NCBI GenBank assembly: GCA_963701665.1
Contig: OY969622.1
Location: forward strand, 608,001-672,000
Reading direction: 5' to 3'
DNA length: 64,000 nucleotides
Source: Candidatus Babeliales bacterium
GTDB lineage: Bacteria > Babelota > Babeliae > Babelales > JANWKD01
The notes under the pieces are model-generated. The model made no database searches. It saw only the letters and a list, made by a program, of their open reading frames with translations, and had not been told where the DNA came from. This document shows, piece by piece, positions 30,693 to 40,499 of the stretch (position 1 is its first letter; each line of letters begins with the position of its first letter). Made by a program: the position numbers and the translations under genes.

Positions 30693-32012
30693 TTATAAAG
30701 AAAGCATCGCTTTCAAATATTCTTTTACAGAATTGATGGGTAACCGTTCTTGGGTAGTTGAATCGCGATGACGAATAGTTACACAATGATCTTGCTCAGA
30801 ATCAAAATCATACGTAAAACAAACGGGTGTGCCAATTTCATCATGTCTTCTATAACGTTTGCCGATAGACCCTGAATCATCAAAATCAATGGTAATGCCC
30901 AATTTTTTTATATCATTATATAACGCAAGCATAGGTTCTGAGAGTTTTTTTGTTAAAGGCAAAAAGGCTGCTTTAATGGGAGCAATAGTTGGTTTAAATC
31001 TGAGAACAACGCGCGTTTCTCCTTCAACAACATCTTCATAATACGCATCAAAGAGCAAGGTAAGAAAGAGACGATCGACACCAACGGAGGTTTCTACAAC
31101 ATGCGGCATGTAGGAGGCTTTCGCTTCTTCGTCAAACACTGCTAAATCTTTGCCAGAGAATTTGGAATGTTGCGATAAATCAAAATCGCCTCGATGTGCA
31201 ATTCCCTCAATTTCTTTCCAGCCAAAAGGAAAATGATATTCAACATCGGATGTGCCTTTTGAATAGTGGGATAATTCAGTTTTTTCATGCGAGCGCAAGC
31301 GAACTTTTGTTGCATCTAAGCCAAAAAAACGAGCGTATGATTCAAGACGAGATTTTGTCCAAACATCAAAAAAATAATCCGAGGTTTCAGGTTTACAAAA
31401 CCATTCCATTTCCATTTGTTCAAATTCGCGCATACGGAATAAAAACTGCTTTGGCGTGATTTCATTTCTGAATGCTTTACCAATTTGCGCAACGCCAAAA
31501 GGTATTTTTACTCGCGATGAACTCATAATGTTTTTGAAATTAATAAAAATCGATTGAGCTGTTTCGGGACGTAAATACGCAACAGAAGCATGTTCAACGG
31601 ATGCGCCAAGCTGTGTTGAGAACATCATGTTAAATTGGCGCACGTCTGTCCATGCTGTTTTACCACAATGAGGGCATGCTTTTTTCAGATCAATGTCATC
31701 GGCACGATAGCGGTGTTTACAGTTTAAACAATCAACTAATGGATCATTAAAATTTTCGATATGTCCTGAAGCTTTCCATACCATTTCGGGTCCAAGAATG
31801 GCGCCTTCAAAAAGAACGATATCTTCTTGAGTAGCTTGTAATGACTGCAGCCATGCTTTTCTAATATTTTGTTTGAGTAGGGTTCCTAGCGGGCCAACAT
31901 CATAAATGCCATTGAGCCCACCATAAATTTCGGCAGATGGATAAACAAAGCCTCTTCTTTTGCACAAAGCTACTAACTTTTCAAGGGTAACAACTGATTC
32001 TGCTGGTTTCAT
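30693..32012 (-). CDS. glyQS: Glycine--tRNA ligase, alpha2 type
   Basis: KRRGF, YLRPETAQ, QIGKAFRNEITP, REFEQME, SIGKRYRR.DEIGTP. Confidence 0.96.
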   Translation of the reverse strand: MKPAESVVTLEKLVALCKRRGFVYPSAEIYGGLNGIYDVGPLGTLLKQNIRKAWLQSLQATQEDIVLFEGAILGPEMVWKASGHIENFNDPLVDCLNCKHRYRADDIDLKKACPHCGKTAWTDVRQFNMMFSTQLGASVEHASVAYLRPETAQSIFINFKNIMSSSRVKIPFGVAQIGKAFRNEITPKQFLFRMREFEQMEMEWFCKPETSDYFFDVWTKSRLESYARFFGLDATKVRLRSHEKTELSHYSKGTSDVEYHFPFGWKEIEGIAHRGDFDLSQHSKFSGKDLAVFDEEAKASYMPHVVETSVGVDRLFLTLLFDAYYEDVVEGETRVVLRFKPTIAPIKAAFLPLTKKLSEPMLALYNDIKKLGITIDFDDSGSIGKRYRRHDEIGTPVCFTYDFDSEQDHCVTIRHRDSTTQERLPINSVKEYLKAMLSL

Positions 32013-32146
32013 AGCACTAAATATTCCTTTCGTAATGGTAGTGTGCTTTGGCTTTTGTCCTTGTTATATTTTTATTTTTGTTTTATGTTGTTGTACTAAA
32101 TTTATACTATTGTAGCGTACCATTATTTGGAAGAAATGGAATCATC

Positions 32147-33814
32147 ATGACTATTACTGAATCTATTCGTGCATTATGTTTATACATCTTATGTGTAGGT
32201 GCCGTAGCAGGCATCTATATTCTTTATAGAAAACAGGAATCATTTTCACTAGCTTTAGAGGAACTGCACCGAAAAGAATATGAAGTAACGCCGATACCAC
32301 CATTACCTCCATTGCCTCCCAGAGAAACGGCTATCGTAGAGAAACTTGTCTCACGCCAACAATCCTGGAGTGATTTGCAAATAATGGTGAAAGATACGGT
32401 GGTACAAATTTTTGCGCAAAAAGCGGTACCAGATATTTTGCAGCCCTATAGAACACCAACGCCATGCCAATCAACGGGTAGTGGTTTTTTTATCAATGAA
32501 GATGGCGAGATTGTTACCAATGCTCATGTCGTTGATCAAGCAAAATCAGTGTGGATTCAAATTCCTTCACTTGGTAAACAGCAGATCGATGTTACTATCG
32601 TTGGCGTGAGTCCTGATCGTGATTTAGCATTATTAAAGGTGAAGCCAGAAGGTTTAGAAACCATAAAACAAGATATTGGAGAGATTAAATTTTTGAATTT
32701 GGGGGACTCTGATTATGTACACCGCGCGGATGAAATTATGGCGCTCGGCTATCCGTTGGGGCAACAAAGTTTAAAAAGTACGACGGGTGTTGTGAGTGGC
32801 CGCGAGCAACATTTAATTCAAATTAGTGCGCCAATAAATCCCGGAAATTCTGGCGGGCCATCTTTAAATATTCGTGGAGAAGTTATCGGTATTAACACTT
32901 CATATGTTCCCGATGCACAGAGTGTAGGTTACATAATACCGATTAATGAACTTAAGATAGTACTTGATGATTTGCGTAAAATTAAGTTGTTAAAAAGACC
33001 ATTTTTGGGGGTGTTATTTAATAATGCCAGTGAAGCATTAACGCAATTCTTAGGAAATCCACTTCCCGGTGGTTTATATGTTGTTGATATTTATAAAGAT
33101 AGCCCATTGCACAGAGCAGGTGTGCAAAAGCGCGATATGATTTATGAAATTAATGGGCACAAAATAGATCTGTATGGAGAACTTTTGTGGCATGAAGATA
33201 AGATTTCCATTGTTGATTATGTTGCTCAAATGAAGTTGGGCCAAGAAGTCAAATTGGTAGTCTATCGTCAAGGCGTACGCAAAGAATTTATTTTTGCCTT
33301 TGATCAATCTGAATTTTTACCAATTCACAAAATATATCCCGGCTATGAAGAAATAGAGTATGAGATTGTTGCGGGCATGGTTGTGCAACCATTAACCACA
33401 AATCATTTGCCGATCTTGGTAAGTATTGCGCCTGGATTAACGCGTTATGCAGAAATGAAATCTCAAATGGAACCCGCATTGGTTATTACTCATATTTTCC
33501 CTGATTCACAAGCGCAACGTTCACGTTCATTAATGCCCGGAGGCATTTTAAGTGAGGTCAATGGGATTCGCGTAAAAACATTAGAAGATTTGCGCCAAGC
33601 TTTATTCAAAAGTTTTGATACTGGCGTGGTTACTATTGAAACAACTGAGTCGGTTTTTGTTGTTGTGCCATTCAAAAAAATTATTGAAGATGAGCAACGG
33701 CTTTCAAAAGATTATTTCTATCCTTTAACACAGGGTGTGCAAGCAATCATTGAAAAGTTTGAAAAAGACAATGGCAATCAGGAGCAAAAAGCTTCTGATG
33801 TTTCATCAAAATAG
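32147..33814 (+). CDS. HtrA/Deg-like trypsin serine protease with PDZ domains
   Basis: GSGF, TNAHVV, DLALL, INPGNSGGP triad; C-terminal PDZ-like regions. Confidence 0.92.
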   Translation: MTITESIRALCLYILCVGAVAGIYILYRKQESFSLALEELHRKEYEVTPIPPLPPLPPRETAIVEKLVSRQQSWSDLQIMVKDTVVQIFAQKAVPDILQPYRTPTPCQSTGSGFFINEDGEIVTNAHVVDQAKSVWIQIPSLGKQQIDVTIVGVSPDRDLALLKVKPEGLETIKQDIGEIKFLNLGDSDYVHRADEIMALGYPLGQQSLKSTTGVVSGREQHLIQISAPINPGNSGGPSLNIRGEVIGINTSYVPDAQSVGYIIPINELKIVLDDLRKIKLLKRPFLGVLFNNASEALTQFLGNPLPGGLYVVDIYKDSPLHRAGVQKRDMIYEINGHKIDLYGELLWHEDKISIVDYVAQMKLGQEVKLVVYRQGVRKEFIFAFDQSEFLPIHKIYPGYEEIEYEIVAGMVVQPLTTNHLPILVSIAPGLTRYAEMKSQMEPALVITHIFPDSQAQRSRSLMPGGILSEVNGIRVKTLEDLRQALFKSFDTGVVTIETTESVFVVVPFKKIIEDEQRLSKDYFYPLTQGVQAIIEKFEKDNGNQEQKASDVSSK

Positions 33815-33854
33815 ATACGGTGTGATTGCTGAGTATTGTAAAATTGGTAAAGGC

Positions 33855-33951
33855 GTCATCCCGAGGCGCTAGCCGTGGGGATCCAAACTTTAATAAATTC
33901 CTTTAATGAGCTAATTTTATAATTGGATTGCCACGCTTCGCTCGCAATGAC
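33855..33951 (-). repeat. REP-like doublet, uninterrupted
   Basis: GTCATCCCGAGG..CCGTGGGGATCC + spacer + GGATTGCCACGCTTCGCTCGCAATGAC; close to 58332-58429. Confidence 0.88.
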
Positions 33952-34012
33952 ACCTTTGTTTTCAGTGTTGTCTTGCACAGTCAAGTTTGATTGTATCAAA
34001 TTTGAGTTAAAT

Positions 34013-34369
34013 CTAGGCTTGCTCATCAATGAGCTTGCATAATGTTATTGCGGCTTCTACTATTTCGAAATTATTATTCTGCTGCGCATCATTTTGCGCA
34101 GCGAGTAATGCTGAATAATAAATGGTCTGGAAATTGCCGAGGGGAAAGGTGTAATACGCCTTTGTTCCTTGGCTTTCTTCACAATTGATAGCAAGAAACC
34201 AAAGCCCATAATCATGCCAAGCGTGCGTTGTTAAAAACTGATCTTCTTGTGCTTCTGTAGGTTTTTCTTTTTCCCAGATTTTTTTATTTTTAGTAAATTT
34301 TCCTTGTTTAATCAGTTCCTGTGCGAATGCAAATGCATCCTTGTTGAGACGAAGATTTAAAGTAGCCAT
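34013..34369 (-). CDS. Hypothetical protein
   Basis: ORF from MATLNL after AAGGA; WHDYGLWFL...YYTFPLGNF looks like a conserved domain. Confidence 0.65.
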   Translation of the reverse strand: MATLNLRLNKDAFAFAQELIKQGKFTKNKKIWEKEKPTEAQEDQFLTTHAWHDYGLWFLAINCEESQGTKAYYTFPLGNFQTIYYSALLAAQNDAQQNNNFEIVEAAITLCKLIDEQA

Positions 34370-34453
34370 CGTGTTTTTTCCTTGAGGATAGTATGCTATA
34401 TTTGAAATGGTTTTTTGTTGAGCGTACCGAGTGAATAAAAGAAAAATCAAGAG

Positions 34454-35191
34454 ATGAAACAAAAAAAACGCCTTGATCAACTTGTTCAAGAACGTAATCC
34501 TTCCTTGAGTAAAACATATATACAAAGTTTAATTATGCAAGGGAATGTTTTGGTGGATGGCAAAGTGTGCACCAAATCAGGCACGCAAGTGGCCGATGAG
34601 GTGGTTATTACCCTCGTTCAAAATGAACAAAAATTTGTTTCGCGCGCGGGTTATAAATTAGAAAAAGCACTCGACTTCTTCAAGGTAAACGCTCAAGACA
34701 GCATTGTTTTAGATGCGGGGCTATCCACGGGGGGATTTGCGGATTGTTTATTGCAACATGGTGCCAAAAAAATTTACGGCATTGATGTTGGCTACGGCCA
34801 AGCGCATGAAAAAATTCGCCGCGATCCGCGCGTTGTGGTGATGGAAAAAACAAATCTGCGCCATCTTGATGAGCTTCCCGAGCTTGTTGATCTCGTTACG
34901 CTCGATCTTTCATTTATTTCCGTTCTTAAAGTTATCCCTACTATAAAAAAACTTATGAAGCCCGAAGCGCATCTTATTGTACTCATAAAGCCACAATTTG
35001 AGGCCCGCCGTGAGCAGGTGGGTAAGGGTGGTATTATTAAAGACCCCAAGGTTCATGAAGAGGTAATTCATAACATTGTTCGAGGAATTACCCAAGAAGG
35101 CTTTTCATATCTTGGTGTTACTGATTCACCCATTACCGGTACTGATGGGAATAAAGAGTTTCTAGCCTATTTTAAAAAGAATATTGTTTAG
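34454..35191 (+). CDS. tlyA: TlyA-family rRNA 2'-O-methyltransferase
   Basis: S4 domain KKRLD, FVSRAGYKL, DAGLSTGGF.D, DLSFIS, LIKPQFE, GN.EF. Confidence 0.95.
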   Translation: MKQKKRLDQLVQERNPSLSKTYIQSLIMQGNVLVDGKVCTKSGTQVADEVVITLVQNEQKFVSRAGYKLEKALDFFKVNAQDSIVLDAGLSTGGFADCLLQHGAKKIYGIDVGYGQAHEKIRRDPRVVVMEKTNLRHLDELPELVDLVTLDLSFISVLKVIPTIKKLMKPEAHLIVLIKPQFEARREQVGKGGIIKDPKVHEEVIHNIVRGITQEGFSYLGVTDSPITGTDGNKEFLAYFKKNIV

Positions 35192-36417
35192 CAATTATTC
35201 TTTATGTGATTAATTCTTTGAGTTACGGTGGTTGCTATTTTTTGTAGGGTAGCATCATAATGAAAACGATCAGGATGGAATTTTAATACTTTTTGCATAC
35301 ATGCTTGCTTAATGTCATTTTTTTGAGCAAACCGTGATATTTCTAAAAATTCTTCTCGTGATGTTTGCTTGATTATTTTATTGTACAATTCGCAAAGTTC
35401 TTGTTCTATCGGATTTTGGTATTTAGAAGAATCGATGAGTTTGCCATTATATTGATCTTTGTTTGTGGCATTATAGGTAGTATTGTTACTTTTTCTGTTT
35501 GTCTGGTCATTGTTATAATTATATGAATAGGATTTACTTGAATTTGAATACTCTTTTTTCCCATGAAGTGCATTATAAAATTCTTCGCATGAAGATGTAG
35601 TGAATGTTTCTTTGAATTCTGCTGTTTTAAATCTATCAAGAGGCATAGATGAATTTCTTGTATAGGTAGCTTCCTTACAAGGACGCTTCAAGATTAAGAA
35701 AATCTTTTGATATAATTCAAGGCGTGCTTTGCTTTTTTTATCAAGGTTTTGATAATTTTGCATCATCTGATCAATGTGAGTTTTGGCTTCAACATAAAAT
35801 GTGTAAAGATGCATTGGTTCAAAATGAGGCTGTAGCATTGCGAGTGCGCCAACATTTAAAGTTCTCACTGAAAGTAACAATGCATAGCCATCAATGTGGG
35901 CTCCATATTTAATGAATAATTCAATGATTTTTTCTTGATCTTTTTCTGGGAGATTTTGTGTTATTTTTATCGCAAAGCAGAGTGCATTTAATGATGTATA
36001 TTTTGACTCATAATTGATGAAACCTGTTTTTTGCATGTCTGCAAGAAGTTCTTCAAGGGTTAAGTAACTAAAAAGAGTAGATTTGCCATTTTTTATTTTT
36101 TCTTCGATAGCACCAAGCATACTGTGATAATAATTTGATTTGTAGTAGCTGATTTTATCTTGATAGGCTTCGTAAAATTTTTTAAAGCTATCGGCAAACC
36201 AAAATTGTGATGGTGAAGATGAGAATGTTCTATTTTTTAAAGAATGATGGTTGTATAAACTTGATGTTCGCCCTTCCAACGCAAAAGTGCTGCTTATATA
36301 TTTTGATAAAGTCGATAGAGAGCGTTCTCTTAGATGATATTTAGGCAATTTTGACATGCCAAAAAGAGATGAAGAACTAAATAATATAAGAATGAAAAAA
36401 AAGCTTTTAACCTGCAT
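35188..36417 (-). CDS. Exported protein with a C-terminal J-domain
   Basis: FLEI...A...DIKQAC...VLKFHPDR...A....QRIN; hydrophobic N-terminus. Confidence 0.75.
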   Translation of the reverse strand: MQVKSFFFILILFSSSSLFGMSKLPKYHLRERSLSTLSKYISSTFALEGRTSSLYNHHSLKNRTFSSSPSQFWFADSFKKFYEAYQDKISYYKSNYYHSMLGAIEEKIKNGKSTLFSYLTLEELLADMQKTGFINYESKYTSLNALCFAIKITQNLPEKDQEKIIELFIKYGAHIDGYALLLSVRTLNVGALAMLQPHFEPMHLYTFYVEAKTHIDQMMQNYQNLDKKSKARLELYQKIFLILKRPCKEATYTRNSSMPLDRFKTAEFKETFTTSSCEEFYNALHGKKEYSNSSKSYSYNYNNDQTNRKSNNTTYNATNKDQYNGKLIDSSKYQNPIEQELCELYNKIIKQTSREEFLEISRFAQKNDIKQACMQKVLKFHPDRFHYDATLQKIATTVTQRINHIKNNC

Positions 36418-36680
36418 TTTTAACCCCATTTTTTTTATCAATATAAACATATATAAAATTAACTTATTAAAAAAATTATCATTTGTCAAATTTATGCCCG
36501 AATTTAACTAAATTATCCTATATATTTACATACTGAAATGACCATGATGTGGTCTTATTGACAGCCTGTAACATTCGCTGTTTTAGGGGTCATGATGCTG
36601 TATTTTAAATTATTGTCATAAAAGTGCATGATACGGTATGGTAAAGACAGAAGAAAAGATCATTTTCAAAGGGAGTGTGT

Positions 36681-36998
36681 ATGAAGCTTTATATATTCTT
36701 ACTATTCTTTTGTTTGCATATAATTCATCAAAATTCTTTTTGTATGGAAGCCAAGTTAAACCATGAAGTTCCGAAATCGATGCTCAAACCGTGGAATGCA
36801 AGAGCTGCAAGACCAGGTTGTTTGGTCGCTTATAAAGATGGAGAAATATTTCGTAGTGCTCAATTACATGGGAAAGAAGGCAAGGATGATATGTATTCTA
36901 TAATTGTGGCGCTTGATAAGAAGAACAATGGAGTAATAACATCGCAAGGCAAAGCCGTTTCGGAAAGTCGTTTAAGACTCATTGATCAGAATCGATAA
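36681..36998 (+). CDS. Exported hypothetical protein
   Basis: Signal-like N-terminus, GGGAG RBS. Confidence 0.55.
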   Translation: MKLYIFLLFFCLHIIHQNSFCMEAKLNHEVPKSMLKPWNARAARPGCLVAYKDGEIFRSAQLHGKEGKDDMYSIIVALDKKNNGVITSQGKAVSESRLRLIDQNR

Positions 36999-37068
36999 TT
37001 TTTTTCCAAAATTCAACATTCAGATTAGCTTTTTTCTTTTTTTTTGATATTTCTAGAGAATATACTAT

Positions 37069-37145
37069 GCGCCTGTAGCTCAATTGGATAGAGCAACGGA
37101 CTTCGAATCCGTAGGTTGCAGGTTCGACTCCTGCCGGGCGCACCA
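37069..37145 (+). tRNA. tRNA-Arg(UCG)
   Basis: Cloverleaf; anticodon arm ACGGA-CT-TCG-AA-TCCGT; GGTTCGAC T-loop; encoded CCA. Confidence 0.95.
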
Positions 37146-37289
37146 ATCTACGCCTGCATGGGGAAAAACTTCGATGTTACATTTGGCTACGATCGGCTTT
37201 GCCAGCTTCTTTAAGGAAATGATGGCGTAGATTGCCCGTCGAAGCTCAATTTTGCTTCGAAGATATTCCATTGCAAGCGAAGACTGGGC
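37145..37289. repeat. Structured palindromic element directly 3' of the tRNA
   Basis: AATCTACGCC...GGCGTAGATT stem, then GCCCGTCGAAGC...GCGAAGACTGGGC; same layout as 51364-51515. Confidence 0.65.
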
Positions 37290-37312
37290 AGCTGAGCTAA
37301 AATAATTTTATT

Positions 37313-37579
37313 ATGTTTTACGTATATTTTCTTAAATCATTAAAAAACACTAACCAATCATATATCGGGTATACAACTGATATACATCAACGTTTAGAAG
37401 CACATAATGCTGGCAAATCACCCTATACAGCAAAGTATAAGCCCTGGGAATTGCTTTTCTATGTTGCTTTTAAAAATATGGAAGAAGCCAAAAACTTTGA
37501 ATTATATTTAAAAGCACCTTCAGGTAAAGCATTTATTAAAAAAAGGCTCATATTTTTACGAAAAGGTAAGTGGGTATGA
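37313..37579 (+). CDS. Small stand-alone GIY-YIG nuclease
   Basis: FYVYFLKS...YIGYT....RL..HN.G...YT....PW.L....E..LK. Confidence 0.92.
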   Translation: MFYVYFLKSLKNTNQSYIGYTTDIHQRLEAHNAGKSPYTAKYKPWELLFYVAFKNMEEAKNFELYLKAPSGKAFIKKRLIFLRKGKWV

Positions 37580-37846
37580 ATCAAGGTGTTTTAGAGATTC
37601 TATATCAACATCAATATCTAATGCAGGCCAATGAAGATGTTTGTTATGAAATAATTCTAAATTATATATTTGCTCTACTGTGGCCTTTAAAAACCATGGA
37701 AATTCCGAAAAAGGCATAAAGAATTCTTTTTCATTTACTAATAACCAAATCCCATGATTTGAAATAGTTTGAATTTCAGCTTTAGCTAAAATGTTTTTTC
37801 CAGGCTTTTTCAATTTCTTTGGCATGTGTTTCAACCACCTTGACAA
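37556..37846 (-). CDS. DUF2442 protein, putative antitoxin
   Basis: FPWF..AT..QI...LHWP.LDID; paired with DUF4160. Confidence 0.8.
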   Translation of the reverse strand: MSRWLKHMPKKLKKPGKNILAKAEIQTISNHGIWLLVNEKEFFMPFSEFPWFLKATVEQIYNLELFHNKHLHWPALDIDVDIESLKHLDSYPLTFS

Positions 37847-38018
37847 GTTCTCTTAATTGACGATCTGAAAAACCACTAAAATCAGCAAGAGCAACAACAG
37901 GTTCTATCCAGAATTTTGCTTCTCCTTCAGGCGATAAAACATGAATATGCATTCTCGATTCTTCGCGCGAGAAGAAAAAAAATCTATAATTTTTATATCT
38001 AAATACCGTTGGGCTCAT
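37782..38018 (-). CDS. DUF4160 protein, putative toxin
   Basis: PTVFR...YRFFFFSRE..RMHIHV....GEAKFW. Confidence 0.85.
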   Translation of the reverse strand: MSPTVFRYKNYRFFFFSREESRMHIHVLSPEGEAKFWIEPVVALADFSGFSDRQLRELVKVVETHAKEIEKAWKKHFS

Positions 38019-38200
38019 TAAATATACTTATTTTAATAATTAATGCTTAATGACTTATTTGAGTTTCTTTAATCAGCATAATTAGAATAGATAAAAAATT
38101 CTATAATTAGAATAAATTCATCATAATTATACCTGTTTGATTATATAAAATGGCTTTAAAATCGCCTTTTTTTATTTTTTAGTATACATTTTATTCGCAG

Positions 38201-38277
38201 GCGCCCGTAGCTCAGATGGATAGAGCGACAGATTCCTAATCTGTAGGTCACCGGTTCAAATCCAGTCGGGCGCACCA
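38201..38277 (+). tRNA. tRNA-Arg(CCU), integration target
   Basis: Anticodon arm ACAGA-TT-CCT-AA-TCTGT; GGTTCAAATCC; encoded CCA. Confidence 0.95.
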
Positions 38278-39732
38278 GTTTCCAGTTTTTACCGTGTTCA
38301 TAATCTCATTGAACACGGGTTTCATCTCTACATCGAACTTTTCATCTTTGTATGAGCAGTTCAAAACTAAAAGGTCAATCAATCGTCGTTTTTGTTTGGT
38401 ATTTTGATTTTTAAACAGCCCAGCGGCTTTTTTGGAGAGTTCTAAGATAAGATTGGCATTTTCTAGGTAATGAGAATCAGCCCGTTGAGTAGCAAGCAAT
38501 TTTACCGTTAATTGTTCTTTTTCTTCGATCCATTCCTTGGTATGCTGCTGCCAAAATTCTTCACCAATCTTGTTATCAAGCTTGTCTAAATATGCTTGAT
38601 CAATGCGATTTTGCAGGACTTTAATATGTTTTTCCAATTGAAGCACTAAGTTATTATGATATTCTATCTTTTCTTTATGACTTTCGCGTAGCCCTTGCAA
38701 AATTTTTTCTTGAATTTCATCAGAAACTTGAATATCGTTCAAGAGGTCTTGAAAAGTATTTTCTATTAATTCTTGCCTTAGGTAATTTTGCTTGCAATTA
38801 CCCTTATACCCCGTGCAATGATAGTAAATATATTTTTCTTTCTGAATCTGTGCACTTAGAGAACAACTGCAAACTCCACATCGAATAAGATTAGAATAGG
38901 TAAAAAGGCCCTTTTTTGACTTGTTTTTATAAGGGTTTTTGAGAATTTTTTGTACTCTTTGGAACAAATCTTTACTTATTATTGGCGTATGTGAAGCACC
39001 TTCATATTTCTTACCTTTCCAGAAGAAGACACCGGTATAAAATTCATTTTTTAATATGATATCTAAAATGCTGGAATAGAAATTTTTTCCATTTCGATAG
39101 ATCATGCCATCAGCAATCATTTTTTTTCTAAGTGACTGTAATGAGTATGAACCTGTGGCATATAGCTCAAACATTGTTTTTACATATGGTGCTGTATTTG
39201 GGTCGAGTTTTATGATGCTTTTACCATTTTCTTTAACATTTATATATCCAAAGGGTGCCCATGATGGATATATACCCTGAGCAGCTTTTTCTGACATGCC
39301 TTTTTTAACTTCTTCGGAAAGATTATCTACATAGTTTTTGGCCATTAATGCTTTGATACCGAAAATAAATTTTTCATTAGAGCGTGAATCTTTACTAAGA
39401 ATTACATTTTCTTTGACAAGATGAACTTTGATATCAGAATATTCAATTACTCGATCAAGCAAAGCATAATCTGCTATATTTCTTAAGAGTCGATCAGTTT
39501 TTTCAACTAAGAAATGTTTAACATTTTTATTTTCTTCCAAGAAACTTAGCAGTTTATTGAATTGAGTTCGGCCTGCTTTTTTTGCTGTTTCGACATCAGT
39601 AAATTCTTCTACAATTCTAAAGTTATTTTTGGATGCATATTCTTTTAACAATTTGAGTTGCGCGGGGATGGAAAATCCTTCATTTTCTTGTTCTTTTGAG
39701 GAAACTCGGGCATAAATTATGGCTTTATTCAA
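38248..39732 (-). CDS. Large serine recombinase (integrase)
   Basis: YARVSS catalytic motif, DRL.RN, PFGY recombinase domain, C..C...YYHC Zn ribbon, coiled coil; stop codon lies inside the tRNA. Confidence 0.95.
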   Translation of the reverse strand: MNKAIIYARVSSKEQENEGFSIPAQLKLLKEYASKNNFRIVEEFTDVETAKKAGRTQFNKLLSFLEENKNVKHFLVEKTDRLLRNIADYALLDRVIEYSDIKVHLVKENVILSKDSRSNEKFIFGIKALMAKNYVDNLSEEVKKGMSEKAAQGIYPSWAPFGYINVKENGKSIIKLDPNTAPYVKTMFELYATGSYSLQSLRKKMIADGMIYRNGKNFYSSILDIILKNEFYTGVFFWKGKKYEGASHTPIISKDLFQRVQKILKNPYKNKSKKGLFTYSNLIRCGVCSCSLSAQIQKEKYIYYHCTGYKGNCKQNYLRQELIENTFQDLLNDIQVSDEIQEKILQGLRESHKEKIEYHNNLVLQLEKHIKVLQNRIDQAYLDKLDNKIGEEFWQQHTKEWIEEKEQLTVKLLATQRADSHYLENANLILELSKKAAGLFKNQNTKQKRRLIDLLVLNCSYKDEKFDVEMKPVFNEIMNTVKTGNWCARLDLNR

Positions 39733-40424
39733 ATGAGACCTAATATTTTAAAAATGTTGTTCCATTCATCTTTTGATGAGAAATTTTGAATATAAAAATT
39801 CTTTATGCGATCTATTTGCCAGTCTGTTTTATAATCTTCATTAGTATCAATAGCTACTAAAATAAAGTTACATTTAGGGAATTTAGCTGATAAAATGTTT
39901 CTCAATTTTATTATTTCATCCCTAGTTTGTGGGTTGAGATCTAAATTCCAAGGTCTTGTACCTGCGCTAAGTCTGAAAAAATATACCGTTTTTCCAGAAT
40001 TTAGTACGTTATAAAGTCGTTCGATTCTTCTATTATATTTTTCTGCTACATCTTCAATAAAGTCTAAATAATTTTCTTTTATGTACTCGACTCTACCTTC
40101 TGTTCGCTCTGCAGGAAAATCATGATGGAAAGCAATTGTATATTTTTTGTTAAGAATAAAAGTTTTTTCAAAGGTCAAATATTGTGGATTTAAAAAATCT
40201 GAAAAATCATCCTCAAATAAATCACATACACCATTAAAAGAACTACGAACCCAATCAAATGGAAAAGCAGTGCATCGAATATTATTGGTTCTGAGCATAT
40301 CTGCTGGCGTGCAACTAAATCCAAGACTTATAGTAATAGGATCGGGAAAGCTATCAAGGCTATTTTGTTCAAAGGCTATAGTTTTACAAACTATAAAAAA
40401 AATTAAAATTAAAGTCTTTTTCAT
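39729..40424 (-). CDS. DUF1796-family putative papain-like cysteine peptidase
   Basis: ISLG..C...PFDW, F.HDF, KY.RRI.R motifs. Confidence 0.8.
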   Translation of the reverse strand: MKKTLILIFFIVCKTIAFEQNSLDSFPDPITISLGFSCTPADMLRTNNIRCTAFPFDWVRSSFNGVCDLFEDDFSDFLNPQYLTFEKTFILNKKYTIAFHHDFPAERTEGRVEYIKENYLDFIEDVAEKYNRRIERLYNVLNSGKTVYFFRLSAGTRPWNLDLNPQTRDEIIKLRNILSAKFPKCNFILVAIDTNEDYKTDWQIDRIKNFYIQNFSSKDEWNNIFKILGLI

Positions 40425-40449
40425 TTTTCTTCTTTATTGTTTAAAAAAT

Positions 40450-40492
40450 ATAGTCCCTTATAAGAGAGATAGAAACTCTTATAAGGGACTAT
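40450..40492. promoter_or_regulatory. Long hairpin between the methyltransferase and DUF1796 genes
   Basis: ATAGTCCCTTATAAGAG...CTCTTATAAGGGACTAT, a 17-bp perfect stem. Confidence 0.6.
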
Positions 40493-40499
40493 TTTAAAT

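Noticed and set aside
34454..35191. Hemolysin virulence factor
   Set aside because: The motifs are those of the housekeeping rRNA methyltransferase TlyA
37080..37271. 63-aa minus-strand ORF ending WCARQESNLQP...
   Set aside because: Antisense reading of the tRNA and hairpin element; no upstream recombinase body
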